A stretch of DNA of 64,000 bases, taken from Bilabrum cf. latius (taxonomy: Eukaryota). The stretch's first letter is position 1. Every line of letters begins with the position of its first letter. The stretch is taken from contig OZ237745.1 in the NCBI GenBank assembly GCA_965178125.1, positions 1,240,001-1,304,000 of the forward strand, written 5' to 3'. This document shows positions 61,601 through 64,000 of the stretch, piece by piece. The notes under the pieces are model-generated. The model ran no database searches. It saw only the letters and a program-made list of their open reading frames with translations, and was not told the DNA's origin. The position numbers and the translations under genes were made by a program.

Positions 61601-64000
61601 TCGGACGATTCGAATTGCAAGCGACAAAAGCTCTTCGTGCCTAGGTCCGCTAGCTAGAGCTGCGACGACATCCCACATAACTGATGCATCAACAGAGTCG
61701 GCAGCCAGAAGCTACGGCACCGTACGAGGGGCACCAGGCTGTGAGTCCTACGGATCAGGCTGGACAGTGCGCACGATTGTTTGCAACGTGATCAGTCTCA
61801 CAGTCGACAGGAGCAGTGGGGTAGCCATTGAGTGCAGGTGCCTATCTCCAGCAGCCAAAGCAAGGCCTAACAAGACCCTTCTTAGAGACAGTTGGGATGC
61901 CTACCTATTACCGGCATGCCTGAAAGGGGCGGGAAACGACGCTTTGCTGCCAGATGAGATCGGAGACTTGGAGAACCCTGAAGCAACTCGGTCCACAGCG
62001 GCATTGAGAAGTTCGCTCATCGAGTGTTTGCCTGTTGAGATAGATTTGCTCGCTATCAAACCGGCGAGGGTTGCTCTCAGGAACTGAACTGCACATCGCT
62101 TGGCATGTACAGGGCCTCGAGGGGCCTCCTCAACCGCTTCTTCCCACCCCCATCTAGCTATTGCTGGGACTGATCCAGGTTCCAATCCGTGCGCCGCCTC
62201 AAAAAGTCTGGCATCGAGCTCTTCCAATGGGGAAGGGTCCCCAGGAGTGTCAAAAGGTGATGCAGCTGCAGGTCGTCCATCGGCAATCTTCGGTTTTTTC
62301 ATCTATCCAGCATCCAATGGCCCCTCCCTGGCAGCTGTCATGCCACTTTGCTGCTGCAATTTGATTTCATCAAAGTACGGGCTTTGCGCCCAGGGCACTC
62401 TTGGATCGAGCGAGCCCACAGTTGTCGTGCTGGCTGCCCGAAGCGGCGTTGCCAAGTCGTCCTCACTTTCCCCATCATCAGATCCGCAATCGACACCAGC
62501 ATCAAGCTAGTTGGGTTGGTCTCTTGCTACAGGGACATCGCCCTGGGGCGTCGATACATCCCCTTTCCGCCCGCCACGGACAGTCAAACCAGGTCCTGGC
62601 GGGCCAACTAAAGCGAATGCCGGCAAGTGCGCCTCACCACCGGCAGGAAGAAAGTGTCGATTCAGCAGTCGGAAAGAGTGCAGTACCATGGAATCCAGCG
62701 GCAGCAGCGCTCCACGCTTGCCTATATCAACAGATTCATTGCCAGCCTAGCTATCGTGGACTGCCTGTACGTCATCTTCTCCTACTCCTTCTTCATCAAC
62801 CATTTTGCGTGATTCTGCGGCACTTTCAGCACGTGGGGAAGACTCTGACGCTGTCGTGCGCCCCGTAGGCCCCGGCTTCCAGGCAACCTCAGCCACCACA
62901 CCTGCTTGCGGCGCGGTTGCTAGTGCTATTCTTGGTGGATCGATCAAAAACTTTCGATTCTAACCGCCAAGCTTGCCGAGGACTCGAAGTGCATCGGTGC
63001 CGTACGGAGCTGGGGACCCTAGCAAAAGGGAGGACAGTGCCGCCATCAGAGGGCGCAGGATCGTTGGCTTCGATAGCATCGGGAAAAGGAAGCTTGGGTT
63101 GAGATTGTCGATCCAGAACTCAAGCGTTCGCAAACCGGTCCCAACTAAATCGGTTGCCGCTAATGTTTCGCCGAGCCGTGAGCCGTCTGCCCTTTTCTTG
63201 GAGCTTGCACTGGACAAACTGTCGTCGCGATCGCTCTGCCCGTCTGCACCTGGACTCACTTGCGCTGCCGATGGCGATCCGATGGCTGCGCCCATCGGAG
63301 CCGCGGCATGCTTTCTTGCGGAGCCTGGAGTGTGCGAAACTCCTGCTGGATACACAGCTGGTGCAGCTGCGACTCGGCCATCCCTTTCAACTGGACCAGC
63401 GCCGGTCCCAGCTCCATACTATGGAGACGGGCGTGACCTGAGCGCTAGAATCAACGGGCCCATCAACCTAGGCAGCCACTTGAGCTGGTGCGAAAGTCTT
63501 GCCGGCACGATCAGCAGCAGCTCAGTGCACTGGTCACGGAGCTCCGGGTCGACCATGGTAGATCTACAAGCCAGCAGTGAGTCCAAAATGAGCGGTAAAT
63601 GGGGAGGAAACGCTCTGAACAGGTGGTCTGACCTCGAATTTGCTACTTGCTTAAAAAGTTGTCGAAGCAAGCTGAGATGGTACACTGGTCTCTTGCACCC
63701 CGGCATGCTGCCCAGAATGCCAACGAGGAGGCTGGAAATAAACCGCACCAGGATTCTATCGTGGACTCTGAACACCTTTGCTAGAGAATACAGCACTAGC
63801 CTGCATAGTCGCACGACAGTAGCCGCCCTGGCATGTGGCGGAAAGCATGCCAGTGGCGTCTCAGCAGTGATCGGCGGCGATAGCGGGTCCCTGACGTCTG
63901 GGCCAGGAGGCGGTGGAGTTCTGTTTACACCAGGCCGCGGCCCTTCTCCTGGCCTCCCCTCAGCCGACGGCCCATCTGAAGTCGCGATCAAAGCTGTATT
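43631..64000 (-). CDS. TRRAP: TRRAP/Tra1 PIKK pseudokinase (5'-truncated at the window edge), more than 6,780 codons in one frame
   Basis: HEAT-region motifs ELLLIVPARLS, GLRTLEFWIDNLNP.FL.P, LRVLGKLGG, LSSPFRDPL and AVRWVKKIL. FAT motifs WRNRLPNRWD..VW.SLLTWRHHVF and HPQAIYYQLR. The degenerate PI3K-like domain lacks DRH/DFG (LPFRLS is present) and the FATC end is SPSWHPWM-TGA. I read the gaps between ORF-track fragments by hand and found only TAG interruptions. Confidence 0.93.

Noticed and set aside
1166-64000. Mass pseudogenisation or sequencing error as the cause of fragmented ORFs
   Set aside because: The interruptions are exclusively TAG, with no frameshifts or internal TAA/TGA. Catalytic motifs and C-termini are intact, including in essential genes.
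1166-64000. TAG as pyrrolysine, programmed readthrough or A-to-I-edited Trp
   Set aside because: There are dozens of TAGs per gene in varied contexts, including polyQ and hydrophilic linkers, with no shared downstream signal and none at conserved Trp positions.
43631-64000. Ciliate-type code (both TAA and TAG = Gln)
   Set aside because: No in-frame TAA was found in any coding region despite frequent TAG and CAA. The evidence for TAA as a terminator is still only two genes.

Overview
This is gene-dense, GC-rich eukaryotic nuclear DNA with few, mostly short GT-AG introns. It probably comes from a heterotrophic protist, and a stramenopile/bicosoecid-like identity is inference only. The main result is a non-standard nuclear genetic code in which TAG is a sense codon, almost certainly Gln, while TGA and apparently TAA remain stops. 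Twelve of the 15 genes I could reconstruct carry in-frame TAGs, and none carries an internal TAA or TGA. The fragments in the supplied ORF track join in one frame at TAG codons into full-length proteins, including a >20 kb TRRAP/Tra1 frame with about 58 TAGs. TAG also sits inside (CAG)n polyQ tracts and at positions where homologues have Gln. Genes from left to right: aldo-keto reductase, secreted nucleoside hydrolase, giant Zn2Cys6 transcription factor, BIRC6-type E2, NOP10, CPI1 head-to-head with a 3beta-HSD/C4-decarboxylase-cytochrome b5 fusion, ARMC9, a PPR-like protein, a coiled-coil protein of unknown function, PP1, a longin R-SNARE, a Mic19-like CHCH protein, a spinster-like MFS transporter and 5'-truncated TRRAP. 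I recognised no tRNA, rRNA, CRISPR array or mobile element.
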